Translations under genes and position numbers: made by a program
Part shown: positions 10,131 through 22,244 of the stretch, in pieces
Layout: each line of letters opens with the position of its first letter
Numbering within the stretch: the first letter of the stretch is position 1
Notes under the pieces: generated by a model
Told to the model about the DNA's origin: nothing
What the model saw: the letters and a program-made list of their open reading frames with translations, nothing else
The model's database searches: none
Assembly: GCA_934120135.1 (NCBI GenBank)
Contig: CAKOTK010000003.1
Coordinates: 83,691-147,690, forward strand
DNA length: 64,000 nt
Direction: 5' to 3'
From: an uncultured Clostridia bacterium
Lineage (GTDB): Bacteria; Bacillota; Clostridia; TANB77; CAG-508

Positions 10131-11222
10131 TTATACATTAAACCTAAATAATACGACATCTCCGTCCTGCATAACATAGTCTTTTCCTTCAGAACGCATT
10201 AGCCCTTTTTCTTTAACAGCATTTATAGAACCTTCTCTTATTAAATCATCATAAGACACTATTTCAGCTCTAATAAATCCTCTTTCGATATCACTATGAA
10301 TTTTTCCAGCTGCTTGTGGAGCTTTTGTTCCCTTTTTTATAGTCCACGCTCTTACTTCTGGCTCTCCTGCTGTTAAAAACGACATTAAGCCTAACAAATC
10401 ATAACTTGCCTTAATTACTTTATCAAGTCCAGACTCTTCAAGTCCTAATGCTTCAAGCATTTCTTTCTCCTCTGCTTCATCTAAACTTGCTAATTCTTCT
10501 TCAATTTTCACGCAAAGAGAAATAACCTCTGCTCCTTGCTTTTCCGCATACTCTTTTACTAAATTTACCTTTTCATCATTTTCAATATCATTTAATTGTT
10601 CTTCCGAAACATTCGCTACATACAATATTGGCTTCATTGTTAATAAAAATGCATCTTTAATTATAGTTTTTTCTTCATCTGTAAAAGATAAAGTTTGTGC
10701 CAACTTTCCTGCTTCTAAGGCCTGTTTAATTTTTTCAAAAACGTCTAATTCTTCTTGGTATTTTTTGTCTGCTTTTATTTTCTTTTTAGCATTATCAATT
10801 CTTTTGTCAACTGTTTCTATGTCTGCAAATATAAGTTCTAAGTTTATTGTTTCAATATCACGAATTGGATTTATACTTCCATCAACATGAACTATATTTG
10901 AATCTTCAAAGCATCTAACAACTTCAACAATACTGTCAACCTCACGTATGTGTGATAAAAATTTGTTTCCTAGGCCTTCGCCATGACTTGCACCTTTTAC
11001 TAATCCTGCAATATCAACAAATTCTATAACTGCTGGTGTTACTTTTTGTGGATTATAAATTTCTGCTAGTTTAGTTAATCGTTCATCTGGTACTGCTACC
11101 ACTCCAACATTTGGTTCAATTGTGCAAAATGGATAATTTGCACATTCTGCTCCTGCTTTTGTTATTGCATTAAATAGTGTGCTTTTTCCTACGTTTGGTA
11201 GACCAACTATCCCCATTTTCAT
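10131..11222 (-). CDS. ychF: redox-regulated ATPase/GTPase YchF
   Basis: Start chosen at MKMGIVGLPNVGKSTLFNAIT (RBS GGGAGG 8 nt upstream); G1-G4 motifs and TGS C-terminal domain. Confidence 0.9.
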   Translation of the reverse strand: MKMGIVGLPNVGKSTLFNAITKAGAECANYPFCTIEPNVGVVAVPDERLTKLAEIYNPQKVTPAVIEFVDIAGLVKGASHGEGLGNKFLSHIREVDSIVEVVRCFEDSNIVHVDGSINPIRDIETINLELIFADIETVDKRIDNAKKKIKADKKYQEELDVFEKIKQALEAGKLAQTLSFTDEEKTIIKDAFLLTMKPILYVANVSEEQLNDIENDEKVNLVKEYAEKQGAEVISLCVKIEEELASLDEAEEKEMLEALGLEESGLDKVIKASYDLLGLMSFLTAGEPEVRAWTIKKGTKAPQAAGKIHSDIERGFIRAEIVSYDDLIREGSINAVKEKGLMRSEGKDYVMQDGDVVLFRFNV

Positions 11223-11299
11223 ATATATAGCCTCCCTTATCTGTAAAAAAATGAATAACTTTTCATTATTCACTTTTTACTGTTAAATATTAAGATTTT

Positions 11300-11375
11300 T
11301 GGAGCTTCCAGACGGAATCGAACCGTCGACCCCAGCCTTACCATGGCTGTGCTCTACCTACTGAGCTATAGAAGC
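11300..11375 (-). tRNA. tRNA-Thr (anticodon GGU)
   Basis: Minus strand GCTTCTATAGCTCAGTAGGTAGAGCACAGCCATGGTAAGGCTGGGGTCGACGGTTCGATTCCGTCTGGAAGCTCCA: 7-bp acceptor stem, D and T arms (GGTTCGATTCC), anticodon loop AUGGUAA, encoded CCA. Confidence 0.85.
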
Positions 11376-11414
11376 ATATTTACAAGAATTCCTAATATAG
11401 AAATTCTTGATATT

Positions 11415-12068
11415 TTAAAATTGTTCATTTGGTATTTCTTTAATAGCTTTTTTGCGAATTCTTTGAATTGCATTGTCTATTGACTTAACGGGTGTATTTA
11501 ATTTTTCTGCAATTTGAACATAACTTGCACCTTGCATATAAAAGTTTAATACTTGTTTTTCAAAATCGCTTAAAGTTTTATCAATTGTATTTTCTATTAT
11601 TTTATAATATTCTTTTTGTGTTATAGTATCTAGTGGATCTTCTACCAAATTAGCATTAAACACTTCTAATAAATCTGCATCATTTTGATTATCTTCACTA
11701 GTATCATATGCATTCATATTAAGAGACAAATATGAATTTAATGGCATATGTTTTTGCCTATTTGAGCTTTTTATAGCTGTAATTAGTTGTCGTTCTATAC
11801 ACATATTTGCAAAGTTCTTGAAAGAGCTTTGTTTGTCTGGCTGATAGCTTTTAATAGCTTTAAATAAACCTATTAGTCCTTCTTGCACAATATCTTCTCT
11901 TTCTGCACCAATTATATAATATTTGCCAACCTTCATATTAACCAACCCTTTATAGCGGTCAATAAGGTGTTCAAGTGCATATTTATTGCCATCTCTAATG
12001 ATTTCTATTAACTCTTCATCATTTTTATGTGCATAATCTACTGAATAATATACATTTGCATTGCTCAT
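11415..12068 (-). CDS. sigH: RNA polymerase sigma factor, SigH (sporulation sigma-H) type
   Basis: 217 aa sigma-70 family regions 2 and 4 (VQIAEKLNTPVKSIDNAIQRIRKK); small size and position next to tRNA typical of clostridial sigH. Confidence 0.7.
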   Translation of the reverse strand: MSNANVYYSVDYAHKNDEELIEIIRDGNKYALEHLIDRYKGLVNMKVGKYYIIGAEREDIVQEGLIGLFKAIKSYQPDKQSSFKNFANMCIERQLITAIKSSNRQKHMPLNSYLSLNMNAYDTSEDNQNDADLLEVFNANLVEDPLDTITQKEYYKIIENTIDKTLSDFEKQVLNFYMQGASYVQIAEKLNTPVKSIDNAIQRIRKKAIKEIPNEQF

Positions 12069-12112
12069 AGTTTTTAAGCTACCTCCTATGTTGTAGTTGC
12101 CTCTATGCCTGT

Positions 12113-12141
12113 ATTATATATACTTAACATTTTTCTGTCAA
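12113..12141 (-). promoter_or_regulatory. near-consensus sigma-A promoter (TTGACA-17-TATAAT) upstream of sigH
   Basis: Minus strand reads TTGACAgaaaaatgttaagtatataTAATAC; -35 TTGACA at 12141-12136, 17-nt spacer, -10 TATAAT at 12118-12113. Confidence 0.6.
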
Positions 12142-12186
12142 TAGAATTTGTATAAAAAATTTGATTTTTTATTGAAATATTGCATA

Positions 12187-12220
12187 AAAAAGACCTCCAC
12201 CGAAGTGAAGGTCTTTTCAT
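12187..12220 (-). terminator. rho-independent terminator after the 12228..12500 gene
   Basis: Hairpin AGACCTTCAC-ttcg-GTGGAGGTCT (one mismatch) followed by TTTTTTAT on minus strand. Confidence 0.6.
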
Positions 12221-12227
12221 GTCTTTA

Positions 12228-12500
12228 TTAAAAGACTTTTTTGGGGAGGGGCCAAATCTTTTGTCCCCGGAAGTAGATTTCATCTACCTCCTTGAAGGAT
12301 TCATTTTCTGTGATTCTTCTGCCCAACATTTGGGTGTTTACAGTTGCTGCAGACCTAGTGTCAAAATCGACATAGATTCTGTAGATTCCTTCGTCAGTCA
12401 ACTCCTGACTGCCGTGGTTTCTAAAAAAGAAACCATGTCTCTTTGCGATATTCCGCAAAGCATTTTGTTGATCAGTATTAAATTTTTGTACAAAAGACAT
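12228..12500 (-). CDS. hypothetical small protein (about 90 aa) with elevated GC and atypical codons
   Basis: Start chosen at MSFVQKF (GGAGGT RBS 7 nt upstream). Uses CCC/CGG/GGG codons rare in this genome. Own terminator. Confidence 0.4.
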   Translation of the reverse strand: MSFVQKFNTDQQNALRNIAKRHGFFFRNHGSQELTDEGIYRIYVDFDTRSAATVNTQMLGRRITENESFKEVDEIYFRGQKIWPLPKKVF

Positions 12501-12582
12501 TGGATAAACCTCCATTTAAAATATTGTACCTTTATTATACCACCATTTCCTCTAAAAGTCAAAACTTTGTTTTTATTTACAT

Positions 12583-12822
12583 TTAAATTCCTGTTTTGTA
12601 CTCGATTTCTTCCATATGCGGAAACATTTCTTTTACTCGTTTAAAAGTAATCATAGAATGCCTTGGTTGAGGATTTTTATCATGTAATGTTAATAGTTGT
12701 TGCGTATAGCAATTTTCTGAAGTTTTAAATAGCAAATATCTATTACGTACATAAGTAAAATATATTTGGTACCCGTCTTCTAGGTTCTTATAAAACTCTT
12801 CAAATGTGTATTTTCCATCCAT
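12583..12822 (-). CDS. hypothetical protein (79 aa)
   Basis: Intact ORF with host-like composition; no recognisable motif. Confidence 0.3.
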   Translation of the reverse strand: MDGKYTFEEFYKNLEDGYQIYFTYVRNRYLLFKTSENCYTQQLLTLHDKNPQPRHSMITFKRVKEMFPHMEEIEYKTGI

Positions 12823-12841
12823 ATAATTTATTTCCTTTTCA

Positions 12842-15359
<2,518 letters not shown>

Positions 15360-15395
15360 CTAGTTTCCTCCTGATATTTGAATTATATATTAAAA

Positions 15396-15445
15396 TAAAA
15401 TAAAAAACAAGATTAGGTGCTAAATAAAATTTACGCCCCTAATCT
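15396..15445 (-). terminator. intrinsic terminator between antitoxin repeats and toxin gene
   Basis: Minus strand AGATTAGG-ggcgtaaattttatttagca-CCTAATCT followed by TGTTTTTTATTTT; position matches the ToxI-ToxN internal terminator. Confidence 0.65.
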
Positions 15446-15446
15446 T

Positions 15447-15551
15447 CTTTTTTAAGTTCCCATTTATGGCTGGAATCACCGCTTTTTTAAGTTCCCATTT
15501 ATGGCTGGAATCACCGCTTTTTTAAGTTCCCATTTATGGCTGGAATCACCA
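15447..15551 (-). ncRNA. ToxI/AntiQ-like antitoxin RNA: 3 perfect tandem 35-nt direct repeats
   Basis: cttttttaagttcccatttatggctggaatcaccg x3 (15447-15481, 15482-15516, 15517-15551; only the last base differs), directly upstream of and co-oriented with the ToxN-like gene. Confidence 0.75.
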
Positions 15552-15616
15552 CTTTTTTTGCTATATAGCAATATTATTATATGTATCTTTTATAATAATA
15601 TTGCATTTATATATAA

Positions 15617-15645
15617 ATAATAGCATATTTTTTTCAAATTATCAA
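15617..15645 (-). promoter_or_regulatory. candidate promoter for the toxIN-like operon (TTGATA-17-TATTAT)
   Basis: Minus strand TTGATAatttgaaaaaaatatgcTATTAT about 65 nt upstream of first repeat; followed by perfect 14-bp palindrome TTGCTATATAGCAA (15558-15571). Confidence 0.45.
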
Positions 15646-15678
15646 TAATATAATTGAAATTTAAACACATTTTTGGTA

Positions 15679-16290
15679 CTACATTGAATCTTTGAATAGT
15701 TCTTTTCCGTTTTTTATGTATTCCCATCCTGAGAATATTGTTGCTACTACTGATACACTCATCATCAGTGTAACTAGTAAATTGATTCCAAATGCATAGC
15801 CTGTCAAGTTTCCACCAAATATTGTTCCATATGGATTTGGATCAATAAATGCTAATATAACTGCTACCATTTGTGTTACGGTTTTCATTTTGCCCCATAT
15901 ACTTGCAGCTATTACATTACCATCTTTTTGCACTGCTACTAGTCTGTAGCCAGACACAATGAATTCTCTAAATATAACTATAATTGGAATCCATGCTGGT
16001 AGGTGTCCAAATTCCACTAACATAATCATTGCTGCTATTACTACTATTTTATCAGCAATTGGGTCTAAAAATTTTCCAAATGTAGTTATTTGATTTTTTG
16101 ACCTTGCAATATATCCATCAAGTTTATCTGTTATAGCTGCTATTATAAATATTAGGTCTACCAGCAAATATGTTATTGGTATACCCCATAAATCTCCTTT
16201 TATTCCTAAAAATGGAATTATTACCATTATTGGTACTAAAATAATTCTTAATATTGTTAATTTGTTTGGTAAATTCATAATTTCCTCCAT
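15679..16290 (-). CDS. pgsA: CDP-diacylglycerol--glycerol-3-phosphate 3-phosphatidyltransferase
   Basis: CDP-alcohol phosphatidyltransferase motif DKLDGYIARSKNQITTFGKFLDPIADK; about 200 aa, multi-TM. Confidence 0.8.
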   Translation of the reverse strand: MEEIMNLPNKLTILRIILVPIMVIIPFLGIKGDLWGIPITYLLVDLIFIIAAITDKLDGYIARSKNQITTFGKFLDPIADKIVVIAAMIMLVEFGHLPAWIPIIVIFREFIVSGYRLVAVQKDGNVIAASIWGKMKTVTQMVAVILAFIDPNPYGTIFGGNLTGYAFGINLLVTLMMSVSVVATIFSGWEYIKNGKELFKDSM

Positions 16291-16378
16291 AAAAAATATA
16301 ATGTACTAATTTTTACTTAGTACATTATATATATAATTTTCAAAAAAATAAATAGATTTTTAATTTTTTTATCATCTT

Positions 16379-17260
16379 TTATGCTCTTGGGTGTGCTTTT
16401 TGATATATATCTTTTAAACCTGGGTCTTGAAATTGCATATATACTTGTGTTGAAGAAATATCAGAATGTCCAAGCATTGTTTGAATTGCTTTTAAGTCTG
16501 CACCATTTTGCAATAAGTGTGTTGCAAATGAATGTCTTAATACATGTGGCGTAATATCTTTTGTAATGTGAGCTTGTTCTTTATAATATTTAACTATTTT
16601 CCAGAATCCTTGTCTCGTTAATCTTTGACCATTTACATTAACAAATAGTGCCTTTTCTTTTTCACTTTTAATTAATATCGGTCTTGCTTCTTCAATATAT
16701 TCTTTTAATGCTTTTAAAGACAATGAACCTAAAGGAATATTTCTTTGTTTTGAGCCCACTTTGCAAACTACATACTCTTCTGCTAAGTTCACATCTTCTA
16801 TATTTAAATTTATTATTTCTGTTACTCTCATTCCTGTTGCATAAGCAAATTCTAACATTGCTTTATCTCTAGTTCCCTTTAAATCAACGTCTTTTGGTTG
16901 TTCTAATAATAATTCTACTTCTTGTGCTGTAAGAACACTTGGAACTCTTTTTTCTATTTTTGGTGATTGAACATCTTCTGTTGGATCATTTTTTATTTTT
17001 TTATTTCTTATTGAAAATTGGTAAAAAGATCTAATTGATGCTAAATTTCTAGATATTGTAGATGGCTTTTTGCCAATTTGTTTTAAGTAAGTAAGATAGG
17101 CTTTTACATCTTCTTTTGATACTTTTGCGTAGTTTATCCCATTTTCTTCAAGGTAATTTTGATATTGTAATATGTCTCTTTTGTATGATTGTAATGTATT
17201 GTCTGATAATTTTTTTTCATTTTGTAAAAATTCTAAAAAAAGTTTAATTTGTTTTTCCAT
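16379..17260 (-). CDS. xerD: tyrosine site-specific recombinase XerD/XerC family
   Basis: 293 aa; C-terminal catalytic HVLRHSFATHLL...LGHSDISSTQVY (R-H-R-Y family); adjacent to spoIIM as in Clostridia. Confidence 0.8.
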   Translation of the reverse strand: MEKQIKLFLEFLQNEKKLSDNTLQSYKRDILQYQNYLEENGINYAKVSKEDVKAYLTYLKQIGKKPSTISRNLASIRSFYQFSIRNKKIKNDPTEDVQSPKIEKRVPSVLTAQEVELLLEQPKDVDLKGTRDKAMLEFAYATGMRVTEIINLNIEDVNLAEEYVVCKVGSKQRNIPLGSLSLKALKEYIEEARPILIKSEKEKALFVNVNGQRLTRQGFWKIVKYYKEQAHITKDITPHVLRHSFATHLLQNGADLKAIQTMLGHSDISSTQVYMQFQDPGLKDIYQKAHPRA

Positions 17261-17382
17261 TTCTAGCTCCCCTATCTTGTATATTTAATTTTTAAAAACA
17301 TATTATGTCGATTTACATAAGTTATATCAAAATAATTAACAATTGTAAATAGATTTATTAAAAATTCTTTAACTTTTTAATT

Positions 17383-18039
17383 TTAGAAATATGATTTGCA
17401 TAACATTAGTAAATTAGCTGATAAATATGTCTCTATAATTGACGAGATTGCTAATATTGCTAGCATTACTAGTGAAAATATTGTATGTCTAATGATTTCT
17501 ATTTTTATATTTTCTCGTCTCTTATCTTTCATTATTGATTTATATAATTTTATTCCACTTACTGCTAATGCAATAATGCATGGAATTGCTATCAAATTTT
17601 GTAGTAACATACTAGTTGCAAAGAATAACATTCCTTTGCCAGTGCCCCATATTTTAATAACTGCTGAAATTGTATATCCTAAGCAAAATCCTCTAAATGC
17701 CACTATGCCAAGTACTACTGGTATTCCTATAACTGTAGAACCTACAAACCACATAAGAAAAACTAATAACAAGTTGTTACCTAGTGATTTTTTAAGTAGT
17801 TCTCCACTGTTTACAGATTTTCCATTTTTTAAAGCCTCAGTAAAGCTTTGTATATATTTTTTTATATCTTGTGTTTGTGTTTCACTCATATTATTTACAA
17901 ATATTACTCCTAGAGTAATTCCTATTAATAATATAATAGAAACTATTATGTATGCTTTTAAATTTTCTATTATGTGTTTTTTTATAACCTCAGTGACTCT
18001 AGATGTTTTCTTAGGTATTACTCTCATTTTTAACCTCAT
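17383..18039 (-). CDS. spoIIM: stage II sporulation protein M
   Basis: 218 aa polytopic membrane protein with SpoIIM/DUF95-like topology and conserved xerD neighbour. Confidence 0.65.
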   Translation of the reverse strand: MRLKMRVIPKKTSRVTEVIKKHIIENLKAYIIVSIILLIGITLGVIFVNNMSETQTQDIKKYIQSFTEALKNGKSVNSGELLKKSLGNNLLLVFLMWFVGSTVIGIPVVLGIVAFRGFCLGYTISAVIKIWGTGKGMLFFATSMLLQNLIAIPCIIALAVSGIKLYKSIMKDKRRENIKIEIIRHTIFSLVMLAILAISSIIETYLSANLLMLCKSYF

Positions 18040-18101
18040 TTCATTGTAAGTATTTTATACATAATGTCTATTCAATAAAATGAAATTTAGAACTAATTAT
18101 A

Positions 18102-19313
18102 TTAACCTACTGTCAACTTGCCATATACTCCGCCACCACCTGCTTGAATAGTGGCTTTGCCCTCTCTTGCTGCTACTATTGTTTTTGCAACTTTTTCTCC
18201 TACAACTGCTTCTATATCGTCTTCTGATAATTTATGTAGAATGTTCATTTCTGTCTCAAATGTGTTTAATAGCTTGTCTATTGTTTTACTTCCTAATCCA
18301 GGAATAAATGTTAATGGCACTTGGTAAACATATGGTGGTCTATTTGCGGGACTTATACTCTTTTCTTTGTCTCTAATACTTACAATTCTATCTAGTACTC
18401 CCATTGTAATATTTGTTCCATGGCATTCCGGACATTCAAATACTGGTGGTTCTCCCTCAATTGGTTTATCACAAGTTTCACAATATGTTCTGTGATATTT
18501 ACCAAGTTTTGGGTCTAACCCATAATTGCATAATATTTTTCTACCATCTTCATTTTTCAAAGCTTTTAATAGCTCTTTAAATGAAATATCTTCTACTAAT
18601 ATTTTATTGTATTCTCTAGCTATTTTAGGCAAAGAGTGTGCATCAGAATTTGTTATAAATGTTCTAGTTTCTAATTCTGATATTTGATCTGCAAGTTCGG
18701 TATCTGCACTTAGCCCTAGTTCTATTGCAAATATCTTGTTAAATTTTTCTTTGAAAATTCTTTCTAAACGACTTGTACAATTTCCATAAAAGCTTTTATG
18801 TGGTGTAAAAGCATGTGCTGGTATTAGTACTCCATTAAATTTTTCTACTATATCAACCAATTCATATGCAGATATACAAGCTCTTTGAGAACTTAATGTT
18901 ATATTTTTAATGTATTTGCTCATTTCTTTTGAAAATGCTTTTATATCTGCCAAGCTTGGAAAATAGCATAGATTGTGTGCACTACCAGTTTTGCCATTGT
19001 CATTTATCTCTGATGTTTCTATTTCACTACCTAAAATTATACATACTTTGTCTTTATATATAATTCCACCATCTTTTATTTCATACGCTTCACCAGTTTT
19101 TAAAAATTCTTCTATATCTTCTATAACATAAGGTGATGCACAATCTATAATTCCAACTATTTGTATGCCTTTTCTCTCAGCACATTCTTTTGCAATATTA
19201 GCAAAGTTTAAGCTCCTTGCTGCCGTTATTTTTATTGGTTTTCCTTTTTCACTTCTTCCTATGTGCACATGTAAATCTGCAAACATTTCTTGCATCATAT
19301 ATCCCTCCTCCAC
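18102..19313 (-). CDS. PHP-domain nuclease with C-terminal zinc ribbon, endonuclease Q-like (TIGR00375-type)
   Basis: N-terminal FADLHVHIG PHP metal-binding motif; C-terminal CETCDKP...CPECHG Zn-finger; about 400 aa architecture matches EndoQ. Confidence 0.5.
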   Translation of the reverse strand: MEEGYMMQEMFADLHVHIGRSEKGKPIKITAARSLNFANIAKECAERKGIQIVGIIDCASPYVIEDIEEFLKTGEAYEIKDGGIIYKDKVCIILGSEIETSEINDNGKTGSAHNLCYFPSLADIKAFSKEMSKYIKNITLSSQRACISAYELVDIVEKFNGVLIPAHAFTPHKSFYGNCTSRLERIFKEKFNKIFAIELGLSADTELADQISELETRTFITNSDAHSLPKIAREYNKILVEDISFKELLKALKNEDGRKILCNYGLDPKLGKYHRTYCETCDKPIEGEPPVFECPECHGTNITMGVLDRIVSIRDKEKSISPANRPPYVYQVPLTFIPGLGSKTIDKLLNTFETEMNILHKLSEDDIEAVVGEKVAKTIVAAREGKATIQAGGGGVYGKLTVG

Positions 19314-19377
19314 TTAATTTTCCTCAAAAAAAGATTGGTATATAGCCAATCTTTTTAGCTTTTTTCTTTAGTAAACT

Positions 19378-19611
19378 TTAGTCAACGATTTCTCTATTCA
19401 TCTCACTACGTATTTCATCACCTGTGACAATGATATTTTCATTAGTTTGAGAAGCCATATCTTTTTGTTTTTTCTCTAAATGTGTTTGCATTGCCTCTTG
19501 CACATTTTTATCTATAACAGCCATAGCCTTTATCGCTGAAATATTATCAGATATTATAGGATCATTTATTCTATCTGCTGTATCTTGAATCACACCCTTT
19601 AATTGTCTCAT
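19378..19611 (-). CDS. hypothetical protein (77 aa)
   Basis: ORF overlapping upstream gene by ATGA (translational coupling); no recognisable motif. Confidence 0.3.
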   Translation of the reverse strand: MRQLKGVIQDTADRINDPIISDNISAIKAMAVIDKNVQEAMQTHLEKKQKDMASQTNENIIVTGDEIRSEMNREIVD

Positions 19612-20147
19612 ACTAGCACCTCCTGCATTTCATTTACAAACTGTTTAAACTTTGTCAAATATCTATTATTTTTGTCTTTTAAGTTCCTGTATTCTAATAA
19701 AACTAAAGCCTCATCTACTTTAAATGCTATTCTTTCTGGTCTATCTAAAAGCATGCCCCCAAAATTATCAACCAATTCTAGCACATCGCTCTCTTTTTCT
19801 CTTATAGTATTTCCACTATATCTATTAACCTCTTCACATATTTTACAAAATCTACTTGAGAAACCTAATTTTGATAAGTACATCGCCCCTTCTTTAGCAT
19901 ATGTTTTTATCTGTTCTAACTCTTGTGGCCCTTTTGTCTTTTTACAATTGCATAATAAACAAGCTGTTAAAACAAGGTTTTCATCTAAGTCTATATCTGT
20001 ATTTTCTAAAAATAGCTTAGCAAGGTATGTTTTAAATATAACAGACTTATCAAAAAATATTCCTGTTTTAAGCTGTAGATAATGCATTATTTCCATTTTC
20101 TTTATCCAATCTTTTTCAGATAAAATATAATCTGCAAAGGTTTCCAT
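19608..20147 (-). CDS. hypothetical protein (179 aa) with two Cys clusters
   Basis: LTACLLCNCKK and RFCKICEE motifs; first gene of a two-gene overlapping pair. Confidence 0.3.
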   Translation of the reverse strand: METFADYILSEKDWIKKMEIMHYLQLKTGIFFDKSVIFKTYLAKLFLENTDIDLDENLVLTACLLCNCKKTKGPQELEQIKTYAKEGAMYLSKLGFSSRFCKICEEVNRYSGNTIREKESDVLELVDNFGGMLLDRPERIAFKVDEALVLLEYRNLKDKNNRYLTKFKQFVNEMQEVLV

Positions 20148-20311
20148 GTAAATTACTCCTTTTTTATGGAATTTTCTTGCGTAAATTAAATGTTCTTTAT
20201 TAGTTATGATTATATGTTAGTTTGCCATTTATTTCAATATTGTTACACAAATGTAATACAAATGTAAACTAATTGTAAAAAAATATTTTTTAAGAATATA
20301 AAAAACCTCTA

Positions 20312-20887
20312 TTAGTTTTTGCTAAATAGAAGTTTTTCAATCTGTTGTTCTAGAGTTTCATCATTTATAAGAGTATCATCACAGTTTTGTATATAGAACT
20401 CATTTGGATGTTGCGCGTTAAGCCTTGCAATTGCATGTTCTTTATCAATACTATCTCTTTTAATAATTCGTTGAATTTGTAAATCTCTATCTTCTGAAAT
20501 TACAGCAATTGTTTTGTCACATATTTCTTGTAAGTTTGCCTCTAAGAGAAGTGGTGCATCTATTGCAATTATATTATTCTCACTTTTTGTAATTTGATCT
20601 TTTATTTCATTTTTTATATATTTGAATGTTATATTGTTTAATTCATCTCTTTTATCTGAGTTTGAATAAATAATGTTAGCTAGTTTTTTTCTGTCTAATT
20701 CACCATTTTGCAATAAAATATCATTTCCAAAGTTTTGTACAATTTCTTGTAGATAGCTTGTGCCTTGCTTTGATAATTGCTTTGCAATTTTATCTGCATT
20801 TATAGTTTGAGAATTATATTTTCTCTCTAATATTTCGCATACAGTGCTTTTTCCTGCACCTGAACTGCCTGTAATACCTAAAATCAT
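20312..20887 (-). CDS. coaE: dephospho-CoA kinase
   Basis: 191 aa; P-loop ILGITGSSGAGKST at N-terminus, CoaE length. Confidence 0.85.
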   Translation of the reverse strand: MILGITGSSGAGKSTVCEILERKYNSQTINADKIAKQLSKQGTSYLQEIVQNFGNDILLQNGELDRKKLANIIYSNSDKRDELNNITFKYIKNEIKDQITKSENNIIAIDAPLLLEANLQEICDKTIAVISEDRDLQIQRIIKRDSIDKEHAIARLNAQHPNEFYIQNCDDTLINDETLEQQIEKLLFSKN

Positions 20888-20888
20888 T

Positions 20889-22145
20889 TTACTTTTTTAC
20901 CTCTTTCAAATCTGTACTAGTTACTATTTTACTAGTATAATCCAAGTTAGACCATGAATCTTTTTCATATCCTAAAGTATATACATTTGTTGCATAAATA
21001 TCTGTTGCCAACATTTCTTTTAGAACTTTATTTTTATTGTTATCCATAAAATCCTTAACAGATGTTACTAAATTTATTTTAGGATTTTTTGCTTTTATCT
21101 CAGAAATCAGTTTTTTGCCTCTATCACTATACCCCAAAATTCTTGTATATGGCACCGTCTTTCTTGCTGTTTCCATCATTTTTTTATCTATGCCGAGTAA
21201 TGCATATATTAGCACTCTTTGTATTCTAGTTTGTGTATATCTTTTAGACTTAACCATATTAACTAAGTCTACTATATTGTTACATGAATTGGCAGCATTT
21301 TTAATAGCATTTTCTAAGCCTTCTGAAACATCTGGTAATTGCTCTATTTCTTTTACAGACATTTTTCTTAATATATATATGATTTCCTTTTGAAATTTAG
21401 ACAAGTCTAATACATAATGTCCCTTTCTTAACTCTTGAGCCAACAAAATATATGAACTTCTTGGAATAACTTTAATAATATCATCAAATTGCCTTGTTGC
21501 AATCATTTTACGTATTGCAGTGGCACTAGCGAAATCATCTACTATGATTTTATCGTGGTATAAAACTTTTTCTCTCTTTATTCCAATTGGTTTTAATGGG
21601 CTTTTTAATTTTTTTAGTGCTTTTAAATATTCTATTCCTAATATATTATTTGAACCATTTAAAACATTTGCATATCTTTTAATATCATTTAAATACATCA
21701 TTAGAGCATTTTCTCTTGCTCTTGGGAAAGATACTCCTTTACTTAATTCATGATTCAACATGGTAACATATTCTTTTGGTTCTTGGTATAAAACATTTGC
21801 TATATTATTTAGTGTTGCCAAATCTTTTGCTTCTATTCCAAAAGAAAGTGTATCAACAATTCCTAATGAATCTAGTATTTTTATAGCACCTTCAGCAAAA
21901 TTCTCAGCACTTGAAGTAGCATATATTGTAGGCAATTCAATTACTAAGTCTGCGCCTTGTGCAATAGCCATCTTAGCTTTAGTCCATTTATCTATTATAG
22001 AAGTGTTTCCTCTTTGAACAAAATTTCCTGAAATTACGCATACTACATAATCAGCTTCAGTTTGTTCAACAGATTCTCTTATGTGATACAAATGTCCATT
22101 ATGAAATGGATTATATTCTGCAATAATTCCAAGTACCCTGCTCAT
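20889..22145 (-). CDS. tmcAL: tRNA(Met) cytidine acetate ligase / YlbM-type nucleotidyltransferase
   Basis: 418 aa; N-terminal [13 protein letters not shown] (HxGH) motif and UPF0348/DUF795 architecture. Confidence 0.6.
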   Translation of the reverse strand: MSRVLGIIAEYNPFHNGHLYHIRESVEQTEADYVVCVISGNFVQRGNTSIIDKWTKAKMAIAQGADLVIELPTIYATSSAENFAEGAIKILDSLGIVDTLSFGIEAKDLATLNNIANVLYQEPKEYVTMLNHELSKGVSFPRARENALMMYLNDIKRYANVLNGSNNILGIEYLKALKKLKSPLKPIGIKREKVLYHDKIIVDDFASATAIRKMIATRQFDDIIKVIPRSSYILLAQELRKGHYVLDLSKFQKEIIYILRKMSVKEIEQLPDVSEGLENAIKNAANSCNNIVDLVNMVKSKRYTQTRIQRVLIYALLGIDKKMMETARKTVPYTRILGYSDRGKKLISEIKAKNPKINLVTSVKDFMDNNKNKVLKEMLATDIYATNVYTLGYEKDSWSNLDYTSKIVTSTDLKEVKK

Positions 22146-22244
22146 TTTTACACCCCTTTTTCTATTTTATTATTGACTTGTCTCAGTTTATGTTATAATA
22201 TCATAAAAAGTAATAATTTACAATGTTTAAAGGAGAATTTATTA

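Noticed and set aside
12180-12644. Plus-strand 154-aa ORF overlapping two minus-strand genes
   Set aside because: No RBS, overlaps better-supported ORFs and a terminator; antisense artefact.
15447-15551. Considered whether the 35-nt repeats are a CRISPR mini-array
   Set aside because: Repeats are directly abutting with no spacers, and no cas genes are nearby. The adjacent ToxN-like gene and internal terminator match type III TA architecture instead.
17396-18049. 217-aa plus-strand ORF
   Set aside because: Exactly antisense to spoIIM with similar length; spoIIM has the expected membrane topology and synteny, so the plus-strand frame is rejected.
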